The notes below the pieces were generated by a model. It searched no databases, was not told the DNA's origin, and was given only the letters and a program-made list of their open reading frames with translations. A program made the translations under genes and the position numbers. DNA of 64,000 nt from an uncultured Verrucomicrobiae bacterium (GTDB taxonomy: Bacteria > Verrucomicrobiota > Verrucomicrobiia > Limisphaerales > JAFGQR01), in NCBI GenBank assembly GCA_963788655.1, contig CAWBHS010000076.1:32001-96000 (forward strand). The letters run 5' to 3'. Shown piece after piece: positions 11,306 through 22,296 of this stretch (the stretch's first letter is position 1; the number at the start of each line of letters is the position of its first letter).

Positions 11306-11567
11306 AGGCTCCTCACAATCACACCAAGCTTCAGGCGCTCCCCTCGCTGGCTCTTCATACGCTCACCTAAAAAACCATGGCCTTGACGGTAAACTGCCTC
11401 AAAGCCGGGAACGTTCTGGCGGTGATTAGAACAGCATTTTTGTTGCTTGAATGCAATCAAAAAAACAGGCGCATGGCTTGGCTGCTTGGCCGTCAGGCAG
11501 AACAAGACGGCGCAACGGCTGGCTTCGGCCTAGACAGGAGCTTGGCTCATACTTGTTCATACCCGTG

Positions 11568-11637
11568 GTAGCCATCGACGTATTGAGGCGGACTTGACGC
11601 AACCGCCCATGCTCCGCCTCCTCACGTCGGCGGCTAC
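11568..11637. repeat. GTAG-type REP-like hairpin, family A
   Basis: GTAGCCATCGACGTATTGAGGCGGA ... TCCGCCTCCTCACGTCGGCGGCTAC. Confidence 0.85.
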
Positions 11638-11651
11638 AGCCGGTCAACGGT

Positions 11652-11885
11652 TTAAGCGGAGTGTGAACTGTCTATTGTTTCGCAGTTCACCGTTCCAGCA
11701 CTCGATAAAAGCGTGCCCGGCCCCTGCACGGTCGTTTGGACGATGGACTGTTGCCCGTCGCCAATCGGTCCGGATTGCAGCGCGCTTTTGCCGTCGTGAC
11801 TGAGATTTGTTTGCCCGAACCAAGGGGCATCTCCCGCCGAGTCCCAGTTTAGATCCATCGTATCCAGTGCTTTGGGCAACGGCAT
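11652..11885 (-). pseudogene. Fragment of an extracellular beta-sandwich domain
   Basis: ALDT..LNW...GDAPWFGQTNLSHDG..ALQSGPIGDGQQS..QTTVQGPGTL resembles a recurrent module of verrucomicrobial secreted proteins; no signal peptide, truncated. Confidence 0.55.
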
Positions 11886-11906
11886 GAGAATGCTCAGGGC
11901 GGCTCA

Positions 11907-12038
11907 GAGCCTGTTTTAAAACTCTAGCCGGCCTGTAGCAGCCGACGTGAGGAGGCTCATTATTCCTCGAAAAACCGCGACGCGTCCGACATGAATGAGC
12001 CTCCTTACGTCGGCTGCTACCATTTTTCAAACAGCCGC
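11907..12038 (+). mobile_element. 132-bp MITE with internal REP hairpin, copy 1
   Basis: Ends GAGCCTGTTTTAAAA / TTTTCAAACAGCCGC; flanks TCA / TAA. Confidence 0.85.
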
Positions 12039-12324
12039 TAAGGCGCTTCGAACGCAAAGCCCCAGGCAAATTGCTTCGGCTCCGATGAATCATTGCGCAA
12101 CCGAATATCGTCCAGACCCGTGCCTTGCTGATTGAGCACGACCTTTGCAACAGTAAGTCCGGCCGGGCCCGGACGGCCGGAATATCCACCACGATGGTTT
12201 CAATGATGGTCTGGAGAGCGCGCGGTCCGAACTGAGCCGCGAACTTGTGGGTCCGGCCGTGCTTCAAACTCAACCAGTTATATCCGCCATAGAGTGTCAC
12301 AACATTGGTGGCAACTCTCGAACT

Positions 12325-12395
12325 GGAGCGCGGACATTCTTGTCCGCCTCGGAGGGCGGTGGCACCCGGGAAGCGGACAAGAATGTCCGCGCTCC
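12325..12395. repeat. GGAG-type REP-like hairpin, family B
   Basis: GGAGCGCGGACATTCTTGTCCGC ... GCGGACAAGAATGTCCGCGCTCC. Confidence 0.9.
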
Positions 12396-12611
12396 GGGCC
12401 ACAAGCTTGCGTCGCTTCTTTGCCATCGGCACTGCGCTACTCCAATCCGCGCCCCCCCCGGAGGGCTGCGAACGCCCAGCCGAATACAATTCGGCGATAC
12501 AGCAGATTGAAACCCTGCGTGACAAGCGGGACAGACGATGCTGGCTGCCCCGAACGGAGGGAAGATGGGCCATCGCTTTTTGAGTGATTCGAAACCCCAT
12601 CGGTCGGGTAC

Positions 12612-12641
12612 AAAAAAGAGGCCGGACTTGCGTCCGGCCTC
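12612..12641 (-). terminator. Rho-independent terminator of the large surface-protein gene
   Basis: 10-bp stem GAGGCCGGAC-ttgc-GTCCGGCCTC followed by U6 on the minus strand, about 30 nt past the stop at 12669. Confidence 0.85.
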
Positions 12642-12668
12642 GTGTGATTGGCTTAAGCGGAGACTCGC

Positions 12669-15600
12669 TTATTGTCGCAGACTGTAGAACTTCATGGGTT
12701 GCGTCGTCGTGAGCGTCATCGGATTGGTGGCACCACTCACGACGGTCCACGGACCGATCGGACTATCAGCTTCATAGAGGACACCATCATCCGGATTCCA
12801 GGAGATGGTGATCTGACCGGCCACCGAGCCATCGATGGTCAACTCAGGCGCCGTCACGCCCACCGGATACTCAGCCACAATTTCGAGGCCGAAGACCGCG
12901 TCGGAGCTGGCCGTTCCCGAGGTGTGCAGGTCGCACGCGATCGTGTTGTTGGCCAGCACCGAGCTGGCGACCAGATTGGTCGTGTCCACGATCGCTTCGC
13001 CACCGGCACTCGCTTCGTTCGTGAACGTGATGTCTCCGGTCGGCATCTTGTACCGGAAGGCTTCACTCCCGTTTAGGAAGCAGCGGACGCCGTCATCAAT
13101 GAAATGATTGACAGTGAACTGGCCGTTGGCCGGCAGCGCGCCCAAGGTCCAATCGAACGTCGTCCGGAAGTAGATGGTGTGGGTCGTCTCCGTCAACGTG
13201 GTGTTGAACGGTGCCGGGGCAATGGCGATAACGCCGGCGCTGGTTTCCTCGGCCAGGATGCCCGGTCCCGTGGCCCAACTCGTGTCGTCGAAACCACTGG
13301 TGGCGTACCAGGCGACGGCATCATAGTTGTCGGTGTCCGTCTTGGTTTCATCATACTTCCAGTCTGCGGTGTAATCCAACGCCACGATCTGTTCGAGGAT
13401 CGTCGCGGTGTTCGGACTGACGGAGTTCGGAGTCTGTGCGGTATCCGTAACGGCCGAGCTGATCACCACTGTGTAGGTCACGCCCCAGGTCAGCGGGGTT
13501 ACCAGGTTCAACGTTACGTTGGTCCCGTTGAGGACGGCGGTATTCACGGTCACGGTGCCGCCGCCCGCCTGATTGATGGTGTAATTGCCAGGGGCTTGGG
13601 CGCCCGAGGCCGCCAGCGTTTCGTCGAAGGAGAGCACCACGCTGCTCAGCGCCGGAGAGGCGATGCTGGCGCGGGCAACCGCCGCCAGTAACTGCGGCGG
13701 CCGAACGTCCGCATTCACGTTCAGAACCGAGTTCTCAGTGGTAACCGAGTTCTGGGTGTTGTGAATAATGCATCGGTAAACTCCGGCATCACCCGGCACG
13801 GCATTGGCGATGGTATAGGAGCTCCCAGTCGCTCCCGAGATATCCACGCCGCCCTTCTGCCATTGGTATTGCGGATCGGTGCCGAAGACCACGACCGAGA
13901 TAGTGACCGGATCGCCTTCTTCAACGGTTTGCGAAGCCACCGGCTGCTGCTGGATGGTGATGGGGATGGGCGTCGTCCCCCCGTCCAATCGACAATCAAC
14001 TGCGGACGGTAGCTGACAGTGGCGCCTTCCGAAGAATCGAACTGGAATCCATCCGTCCCGAGGTTGATCATGCCCCAGCCGTAGTTCACTCCCCCGTTGG
14101 CCCAGGACTGGACGGCCACGGTCACGTCAATATCAATAAACATGCCGACCGTGGCGGCGGTGGGAGAGATGGTGGCGATGGCCGGTTCCACAATATCGTT
14201 GGTGATACCGTCAGCCCCCAGCGTATTCCACGTGTCATTCGGCGTCCACGCCCTGGCCATGTCATAAATGGAGACGTCGTCGCCATTGTTCTCGTTGCGT
14301 AACCGCAAGGTGGCGGAGTTGATGGTCGCGCCCGCTTCGATTTGCCCGGGGTTGCCGCCAAATATATTGTCAAAGCGCAGCAAACCATGGCTGATCGGGC
14401 TTTCGCCGTCCACCAGCACCACCGCATTGGCACCGAAGGCGGTATCCGGATCCGTGGCGCTGACGTAGGTATCCACCGTGCCCGCGTAGCCATTGACTCC
14501 TTGCTGGAAGCCCGTCGGAGTGAGGATGGTGATGCTGTTCGGACTCAGCGCGTTGCCCGCCGGATCAGCGACGTTGTTGATCGTCAACATGGTAGTCTGA
14601 ACGGAGCTGTCCGCGATCGGATTGGCCGTCTGGACGGTGGCCACCGTGTCGTTGGCGGAAAGCGTCACCGCGACGACCGCATTAGCCGGGTTGAGGACGT
14701 AGTTCACCGCGTTGGACGCTTGCTGCGCCCCCATGCTTTCGGAGAACGTCACCACCACGTTGGTTAGATCCAGTTGGCGCACGGCAGAGAGGATCGTGGG
14801 GGCGGTGTTATCGGCGATCACTTCGACAGTGATCACCGGGCTATTGGTCGAGCTGCCAAGGCTGTTGGTGACTTGCAGGTAGTATTCACCCCCGTCAGCC
14901 ACCGCAGCGTTCGCCACGCTGTAGGTGTCCGCATTGGCCCCCGCAATGCCCACGGTGTCATGGAACCATTGGTATTGAGGCTCAAACCCGGAAACGCCAA
15001 ACGAGATGCTGAACGCATACCCCTGGGTGACCACGATGTGATTCGTGGGGGGCACGCTGGTGATGGCCACCGGCTCCACCGGCGGCAGCACGGCCAGGAT
15101 GCGCGCGCCAAACAAGCAGTCCGAGCTGGTGTCGTTGATCGCGTGCAGGTCCGCGGCGATGGTGTTGTTGCCTTGCTGGAGCAGGCTGAGATTCACAATG
15201 TTCGTGGCCAGCACGGCTTCACCCGTGAACCCGGTCTCATCGGCGAAGGTAGAGTGCGCAATAACCGCTGGCTCGGCCGGCATTTTGAAGCGGAAGGCCT
15301 CGGCCCCATTCACATGGAACACGACGCCATCATCGACGAAATGAATAATGGCGAGTTCCACGTGCGAATCCACGGCCCCCGGCGCATACGGCCAGTTCAC
15401 GTCCGTCTTGCGGTAGTAAGACGTAAAATGGTTGGCCGTAACCGGAGTGTTGATCGCAGCCGGTAAGACATCCGGACCGGTATAATTATCTTCCAAGCCG
15501 AGCAGCCCGGCGCCCGAAAGCCACAGGGAATCGTCATAAGTCCGATCCGAGAACGGCGGCACCGGGGAAATCAGGTCGGTGTCCGACGCATCGTACTTCC

Positions 15601-18159
15601 ACGTGTCCGCCCAATCGGCCAGGAGCAAGGCGGTGGTCATTTCGAGCGAGTTGTTCGGTGGGGCCGAGGCATTGCCCGCCACATCGTGGATGTTGTTGCC
15701 CACGGTGACCGTGTAGCGTTGGCCGAAGGTGGCATTGATGGTCAAGACCACCGAGGTGGAATTGACCAGGGTGGCGCCACCAATGGAAACGAGCGGCGTG
15801 ATGGTGTAATTCCCCGGGGTGGAGGCGCCCGTCGGGCTGAGCGGCTCGTCAAAGGTGAGCGTCAAGTTCGTCAGGGTGGTGCGGCCGTACGCCAGCGCCG
15901 ACATCAAGTACGGCGGCTTGGTATCCGGAACGACCGTAACCTGGATGACCGGACTGTTGGTCGAGCTGGGCACGGAATTGGTAACCTGCAGGTAATAATT
16001 ACCGGAGTCGCCCAGCACTGCTGCCGTGCGGCTGAAGGTCGCCGCGGTTTCGCCGGGCAGCGCCACACTGTCCTTGAACCACAGCAAGTGTGGGTCATAG
16101 CCATAGACGCCGAACACAATTTCAAATGACTTTCCTTCGTCCACATAAATGTGGTTGGTGGGCGGGACCGCCGTGATCTCCACCGGGATGTCGGTGCTAC
16201 CGGTCGCCCAGTCGATGGTCAGCATGGGCCGGTTTGAGCGACGGTCGCGTTTTCAGAGGTCGGCCAATCGAAGCCACCGTCCGAACCAGTCGCCGTATTG
16301 ATCAACACCCACCCGAAGTTGGGCAGCCCATTGGCCCATTCCTGAACCGAACTGGTGACGTCCACATTCACGAAACTCCCAGTCGGGTGCGGGTCAAAGG
16401 TGGTTACGATTGCCGCTTCCGCCTCGGTGCCGTCAGTGGAAACTCCGCCGACCATCACGTTCCAAGTGGCCGTGTTGTTCCAATCCACCAGCATGTTATG
16501 CACCGCAATGTTGTTACCCGGGTTAACAATGTAAAACCGCAGGGTCGCCCCATTGATGATCGAACCGTAGGGAACCTGGGTGGCCCCCAAGCCGAAGATG
16601 TTGTTAAACCGGATCAGACCCTGGGAATGCGGACCAGAATCATCCGTTGTGACTGTGTCATCGGTGCCATGGTTGGTGTTGGGATTATCCTCTTCCAACT
16701 CGGTATCCGCCGTTCCGGCGTAGCTATCCACGCCTTGCTGGAACGTGAAGATCTTGGGAATGGTCACCGGCACAATGGACGGGTCAAAAACCGTGTTACC
16801 GGCCAGGTCGCTCATGTTGTAGGCGGCAACGATGTAGGATTGATTCACATCCAGCGGCATGCTGGTGCCCAGCACCACTTGCGCGATGCCGTTGGTGAAC
16901 ACGAGGCGGTTGGGATCGGTGGGATCTGTTCCTTCCTGGCTCAAACAATCAACGAACTGATCGTCGGTGCAAATCAGATAATTGTACTTGTCCAACGCAT
17001 TGTCGGCCATGTCTTCGGACCAGGTTACAATGATGTTGGTGATGTTCGGCTGGCGCACGGCGGACAGCACGAACGGCGTAATGTTATCCGGACTGACGTT
17101 CACCGTGGCGGCGGTGCTGGTCACAGTGTTCACCGAGTTGTGGACGACCACGTAGTAAGTGCCGGCGTCGGCCAGCGCCGCGTCGGCCACGTAGTAAGTA
17201 GGGCTGGTGGCGCCGGAGATCAGCGTTCCCGAGCCCGGAGTGCCTTTGTACCATTGGAATTGCGGCGCGGTGCCGGTAACCCCGACACTCAGGCTGAAGC
17301 CCGCATTTTGCACGGTGTTGGTGTTCTGCGGTTGCTGGGTGATCACGATCTCCTCCGGCGGACCGTACAATACATCAGACAGTTCAATGGCCGAGAAGGC
17401 ATAGCAATAGGTGTCCGCAATGGTTTCGGTTCCACCACTACCATCATGATTCGGCACCAAGGCGCCACTGGCCAAAAGCGTGTGGTAATTTGAGCAGATC
17501 ACCGAGAAGGAGGTGCCATTGGGCACGATCTGGTCCCATCCAATCACATCACCGGACGTGTTGTTCCCGCTGTTCCAGGCCGCCTGCAGGTTGGGAGCCA
17601 TCTGGTTGCCATAAGGCGCCCAACCATTGGTGACGATGCCGGGTGAACCCGTGCCGGTAATGTGGGCCGGCACAGCGCTGTTGACGCCTTGGATGGTGGC
17701 CAGGGTCCAGCGGGGATAATTGTTACCCCGAACCGCAACACCACGGAAGGAATACGTGGAACCTGGATTGAGGTTGGTGAACGTAAACGTGACCGACGCC
17801 GTGTAAGGATCGGTGCCGAAATAGAGTGCACTTCCCGTCCATTCCACTTTCCCGCCAAAGATCAAATCAGCGGGTGTGCCCGCGTTCGGTGCTTAAGAGG
17901 TACCGGTCGTGCCACTGACCTGGCCGGCTACGGTAATATCAACTCCAACATTGTTGGGGACCGCCCCGCCAGTGAGGAAATCGGTCAGAGGTCCGCCCAC
18001 CGTGCCGAGACCAGTTGGAGAGTATGTCGTGACATTCGCCGCTGTACCGGCGCCACTTACGTGCTCGTTGTAGGCCGTCCAGTTAGTTGCCGTCTGAGCC
18101 CACAGGCCGACCGGCAACAAGGCCAATCCTACCGCGAAAGAGAGTAGTTTTCTTCTCAT
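12669..18159 (-). CDS. About 1830-aa secreted modular surface protein (Ig-like, DNRLRE-like and galactose-binding-like domains); three frameshifts
   Basis: Signal peptide MRRKLLSFAVGLALLPVGLWAQ; four abutting ORFs with repeated ITQQP..YQW, DxxxP.LLSA...TFSE, FQQGV..YAGT.DT and WKYD...G.G.L modules. Confidence 0.85.
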
Positions 18160-18509
18160 AATTGGAATTGTTGTTTCTGAGTGTCTATGTTGTCCGTCGA
18201 TAGATAGATATTTTCCACGCATCGCCGCCTTAGCCCCCCATCGAACCAGCGTCCGTTACCCACGAAGCGGCCGGTTTGCCGTGGCTGGTGATTGCCTAGA
18301 ATGAGTGAAGGTAAACATAGGAATAGGTTGAATGCAAGCATATTCTTTGATGACCGGCAACCGGCGCCAGCGGCGCACCGGAAGCGCAAAAGATGGTTCC
18401 GCCGGGGTTGAAATCGTGCCCCGGAAGTCAGTTCGCGGCGTCCGGGGTCAATGTCCCAGGAATTTCCCCAGGCCCCAGCGACAGTCAACGGAACGACCGC
18501 ATGCATCCC

Positions 18510-18828
18510 GTAGGACAGCCGTCCCGGCTGTCCCGAACCACCAAACACCGTTCCTTTGGTCCCTGGACGCATCGGGCTAAGCTGTGACTATCCAGTAGGA
18601 CAGGCGTCCCGCCTGTCTTGAACGACTGCAAACCATCGACTTGTACCGCGACGCTGGGAGGCTCTCCAGGTCACTAAAAGGTGAGGATGCCTTTGGCTAT
18701 TCGAGACAGGCGAGACGCCTGTCCTACCACGCCGAATCGCCTCATCGCTGCTCCAGCTACTGAATAGTCACGGCTTGGAAGATGAACGGTCTTTGGCATT
18801 TCGGGACCGGCGGGACGCACGGTCCTAC
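18510..18828. repeat. Nested GTAGGAC-type REP pairs, family D
   Basis: Outer arms 18510-18534 and 18803-18828; inner arms 18595-18617 and 18705-18727; another arm at 23322. Confidence 0.8.
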
Positions 18829-18885
18829 CGATGGGCCCGCAAAAACTTCTTTGAACCGCGGGCGACTTGCCCAAGAATACGGTGC

Positions 18886-20610
18886 GTGACCCTACCGTCA
18901 CTGGTTCGTTATCTCCAGAAACTGCCAAAGCAGACCCGCTCGGTTCTGTTGACGTGCATCTATGGACTGGGGGCCGGGATCTCGACGGTGGCCTTTCTCC
19001 TGTGTACCAACGCCGTGTATGGAGCTGGTTTGCAAGAGCTTTCGCGGCACTCGAAGACCACGTTCGTCGTGGGCAGTTTCGCGGTCATCATGGCGTCGTC
19101 GCTGCTGGTGGGCTACCTGCTGAACTCGTTTTGCCGGGAAGCAGCCGGGAGCGGCATTCCGCAGCTCAAGCTGGCGTTCTGGAAGGAGTTCGGGACGGTG
19201 TCGTGGCGCGTGGCCTGGGTCAAATTTATCGCCGGGGTGGTCAGCATTGGCGGCGGAATCAGCCTCGGACGGGAAGGACCCAGCGTGCAAATGGCCGGCG
19301 CGGTCAGCTCGAACCTGGCCGGATTGGCGGGCGAGCCAAAACAACATCGTCGTGCCGCCGCCGCCGCCGGGGCCGCCGCGGGTTTGGCGGCGGCGTTCAA
19401 CACGCCCCTGGCGGCGATTACGTTCGTGTTGGAGGAAATCATCGGTGATTTGAACAGCCGTTTCCTGGGCAGTGTGCTGCTGGCGTCCATTTTGGGCGCA
19501 TTCGTCGTCCACGGCGTCATTGGCAAGCAGCCCGCGTTCACCCTGGTTGACACCGCCAATCCCACGCTGGTGGGATTTATTCTGACCCCGCTGGTCGCGG
19601 TATTGGCAAGTTTGGTGGGCGTGTATTTTCAGAAGTTTTCCGTGGGCCTGCTGGGCCGGATGAAACGCCAAAAAAAGGTGCCCTTGTGGCTGCTGCCCGC
19701 GGTCGGCGGGCTGATCACGTGGGCGCTGGGCGTCAGTGTTTTCCTGAGCACCGATCATCTGGGCGTGTTTGGTTTGGGTTACGGGGATCTCTCCAGTGCG
19801 CTGCAAGGCAATGTGGTTTGGAAATATGCCGCCCTTTTGCTCGTGGCGAAATTTGTGGCCACGTTCTGCTGTTACGGCTTTGCCGGGTGCGGTGGCATTT
19901 TTTCGCCGACGCTGTTCTTCGGCGGCATGGTGGGCGTGGTGGTGGCCGGCATCGCCGGGATGCAATGGCACATCCCCCAGGACGACATGGTCATGTTGGC
20001 GGTCGTGGGCATGAGCACCTGCCTCGGCGCGGTGGTCCGGGCGCCGATGACCGGCATCCTGATTGTCTTCGAGATGACGCACAATTGGAGTCTGGTTCCG
20101 GCGTTGATGTTCGGCGCTCTAATCAGTCAAGCCATCAGCCACCGAATGACGGGGAAGAACTTCTACGAGGCGCTCCTCGAACAAGACGGTCACGAAGTCG
20201 AGCATGTGCGTCCGCCGCGCGACCTGCACTCCTGGCAACAACTCCCGGTGTCGGCCATTGCCAATTTCAAACCGGTGCTGATCCAGGATTTGGCCGAGGG
20301 CGAAGTGCAAAACATGCTGAGCGCCCACCCTTACAAACGGTTTCCCGTGATCATTGAAAAATCGTTCCGCGGCATCCTGACCCGGACCGAGGCGCAGGAA
20401 GCCCTCCAGGAGAAACGCCCGCCGCAACTGGCCAAGCCGGCCGTCTGCCTGCCCCATCACACCATTCGCGATCTCCAGTTCATTTTGATGGAGTCACCGG
20501 TCGCGATGGCCGCCCTGCTGGACCGGGCGGATGGAAACATCCTGGGACTGGTCACGCTGCACGATTTGTTGCGCGCCCAGGTGTCGCTGAGTGAACAAGA
20601 GGAGCTGTGA
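18886..20610 (+). CDS. ClC-family Cl-/H+ antiporter with C-terminal CBS domains
   Basis: GSGIP, GREGP (gating Glu), FVLEE, GGIFSP motifs; CBS-like KRFPV...GILT and GLVTLHDLL. Confidence 0.93.
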   Translation: MTLPSLVRYLQKLPKQTRSVLLTCIYGLGAGISTVAFLLCTNAVYGAGLQELSRHSKTTFVVGSFAVIMASSLLVGYLLNSFCREAAGSGIPQLKLAFWKEFGTVSWRVAWVKFIAGVVSIGGGISLGREGPSVQMAGAVSSNLAGLAGEPKQHRRAAAAAGAAAGLAAAFNTPLAAITFVLEEIIGDLNSRFLGSVLLASILGAFVVHGVIGKQPAFTLVDTANPTLVGFILTPLVAVLASLVGVYFQKFSVGLLGRMKRQKKVPLWLLPAVGGLITWALGVSVFLSTDHLGVFGLGYGDLSSALQGNVVWKYAALLLVAKFVATFCCYGFAGCGGIFSPTLFFGGMVGVVVAGIAGMQWHIPQDDMVMLAVVGMSTCLGAVVRAPMTGILIVFEMTHNWSLVPALMFGALISQAISHRMTGKNFYEALLEQDGHEVEHVRPPRDLHSWQQLPVSAIANFKPVLIQDLAEGEVQNMLSAHPYKRFPVIIEKSFRGILTRTEAQEALQEKRPPQLAKPAVCLPHHTIRDLQFILMESPVAMAALLDRADGNILGLVTLHDLLRAQVSLSEQEEL

Positions 20611-20615
20611 GGGAG

Positions 20616-21002
20616 GGATGCTGGATGCTGGATGCTGGATGCCGGATGCCGGATGCTGGATGCTGGATGCCGGATGCCGGATGCCGGATGCCGGATGCCG
20701 GATGCTGGATGCCGGATGCTGGATGCTGGATGCTGGATGCTGGATGCTGGATCCATGCGGATGCTGGATGCTGGATGCTGGATGCTGGATGCTGGATGCT
20801 GGATGCTGGATGCTGGATGCTGGATGCGGATGCTGGATGCTGGATGCTGGATGCTGGATGCTGGATGCCTGGATGCTGGATGCTGGATGCTGGATGCTGG
20901 ATGCGGATGCGGATGCCGGATGCCGGATGCCGGATGCTGGATGCGGATGCGGATGCCGGATGCCGGATGCCGGATGCCGATGCCCGATGCCAGATGCTGG
21001 AT
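20616..21002. repeat. Heptamer microsatellite (GGATGCY)n, about 55 units
   Basis: Direct reading; occasional 6-nt GGATGC units. Confidence 0.97.
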
Positions 21003-21121
21003 TCGGGGTGGCTAGAGCGAATGAAGGCGCCGGGCGTTTGAATGACGGGCGACGATCAGTGGTTCACCGTTGAGGCGCGGCGATGGTTGAATCGCCGGGT
21101 TAACTTTGGCAACAATACACG

Positions 21122-21187
21122 ATGATGATATTGATGATTAAACTACTCCTGGCGGTGGCCTTCGGGTTGGTGCTGCTGGCGTTGTAA
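21122..21187 (+). CDS. Putative 21-aa hydrophobic peptide
   Basis: MMILMIKLLLAVAFGLVLLAL; its TAA overlaps the next ATG (TAATG). Confidence 0.4.
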   Translation: MMILMIKLLLAVAFGLVLLAL

Positions 21188-21573
21188 TGAAGCGGTTTGC
21201 TTATTGGCGGGACGGATTGTTTCTGGCCAGTTGCGCGGGCTACGCGCTCAACCGCTGGGGGCTGAAGCCGCTGTTGGCGACACCGTTTTTGCACTCGTAT
21301 TTCAACGATCTGCTGCTCATTCCCTGCGCGCTACCGCCCTTGCTTTGGCTGCACCGAAAGCTCGGACTGCGCCTCCACGACCTGCCGCCGACCCCGGCGG
21401 AAATCCTGGGACACCTCGGGCTGTGGTCCGTGATCTGCGAACTCCTGGGACCGCACATTTATTCGCGGGCCACCGGTGACTGGCACGACGTGCTGGCGTA
21501 CGCCACCGGGGCGGTGCTGGCCGCGCTGTGGTGGCACCGGCAACGTCCCGGCCTGCGCCTTTGCTCCGCATGA
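21187..21573 (+). CDS. Small membrane protein of unknown function
   Basis: Hydrophobic helices; HSYFNDLL and TGDWHDV motifs; ATGA overlap with next gene. Confidence 0.7.
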   Translation: MKRFAYWRDGLFLASCAGYALNRWGLKPLLATPFLHSYFNDLLLIPCALPPLLWLHRKLGLRLHDLPPTPAEILGHLGLWSVICELLGPHIYSRATGDWHDVLAYATGAVLAALWWHRQRPGLRLCSA

Positions 21574-22214
21574 GTTTTGATCGACTGGCCCCGCATTACC
21601 GGTGGATGGAGCAGGTCTTCGCCGGTCAGCAACTCCAGCGTTGTCGCACGGCATTCCTGAACCAGATCCCATCCTGCCGGCAAGTGCTGGTGGCCGGCGA
21701 AGGCAATGGCCGTTTTCTGGCCGCCTGCCGCCGCCGACTGCCGGAGGCCCGCATTACTTGCGTGGATGGCAGCCGGAAAATGCTGGCGCTGGCCCAGGAG
21801 CGGCTGCGCCGACAGGAATTGCCAATCGCGCACGTCGAGTTCATTCAGGCAGACATTCGACAGTGGCCGGCGCCGACGGCCACGTTCGATCTGGTGGTGA
21901 CGCATTTCTTCCTCGATTGCTTCCCCGCACAGCAGGTGGCCGAGATTGTGGTCCGCCTGGCGCGCGCCACCCAACCGGGCGCCCATTGGCTGGTGGCGGA
22001 TTTCTGCGTGCCCGAACAGGGTTGGAAACGGCTGCGCGCCCGGGCGGTGGTCGGAGGCCTATACGGCTTCTTCCGCTTAACCACCGGCCTGGCGGCCCGG
22101 CAATTGACGCCGCCGGATCCGTGGTTGGATCAGGCCGGCTTTCAGTTGCGCCAACGGAACCCTTACGACTGGGGGCTGCTGCAGTCGGATTGGTGGACCA
22201 GGCGGGAAAGATGA
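21570..22214 (+). CDS. Class I SAM-dependent methyltransferase
   Basis: VLVAGEGNGRF motif I, CVDGS, FDLVVTHFFLDCF. Confidence 0.9.
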   Translation: MSFDRLAPHYRWMEQVFAGQQLQRCRTAFLNQIPSCRQVLVAGEGNGRFLAACRRRLPEARITCVDGSRKMLALAQERLRRQELPIAHVEFIQADIRQWPAPTATFDLVVTHFFLDCFPAQQVAEIVVRLARATQPGAHWLVADFCVPEQGWKRLRARAVVGGLYGFFRLTTGLAARQLTPPDPWLDQAGFQLRQRNPYDWGLLQSDWWTRRER

Positions 22215-22296
22215 TAAAAGGGGATTTGCGGCGTCGGCATCTTCTAGCCAGAATGGGGCGCGACGCCGCGGGCGCGGCCGGACCACTGGTTACGAT

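Noticed and set aside
11644..12750. 368-aa minus-strand ORF
   Set aside because: Runs through a terminator, REPs and a MITE; no recognisable domain
16234..17493. Long antisense ORFs (also 1652-3073, 53884-55434, 62253-63356, 63271-63999)
   Set aside because: Shadow frames of real genes, expected in high-GC DNA
6666..18159. Programmed frameshifting or phase variation in the split surface genes
   Set aside because: No long homopolymer or repeat tracts at the breaks, and similar indels hit enzyme genes; sequencing error is the simpler explanation
20616..21002. Possible CRISPR array
   Set aside because: 7-bp tandem units with no spacers, and no cas genes in the window
20457..21073. ORFs of repeating MLDAGCW / HPASSI
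   Set aside because: Translations of the heptamer microsatellite, open in several frames; no independent sign of coding
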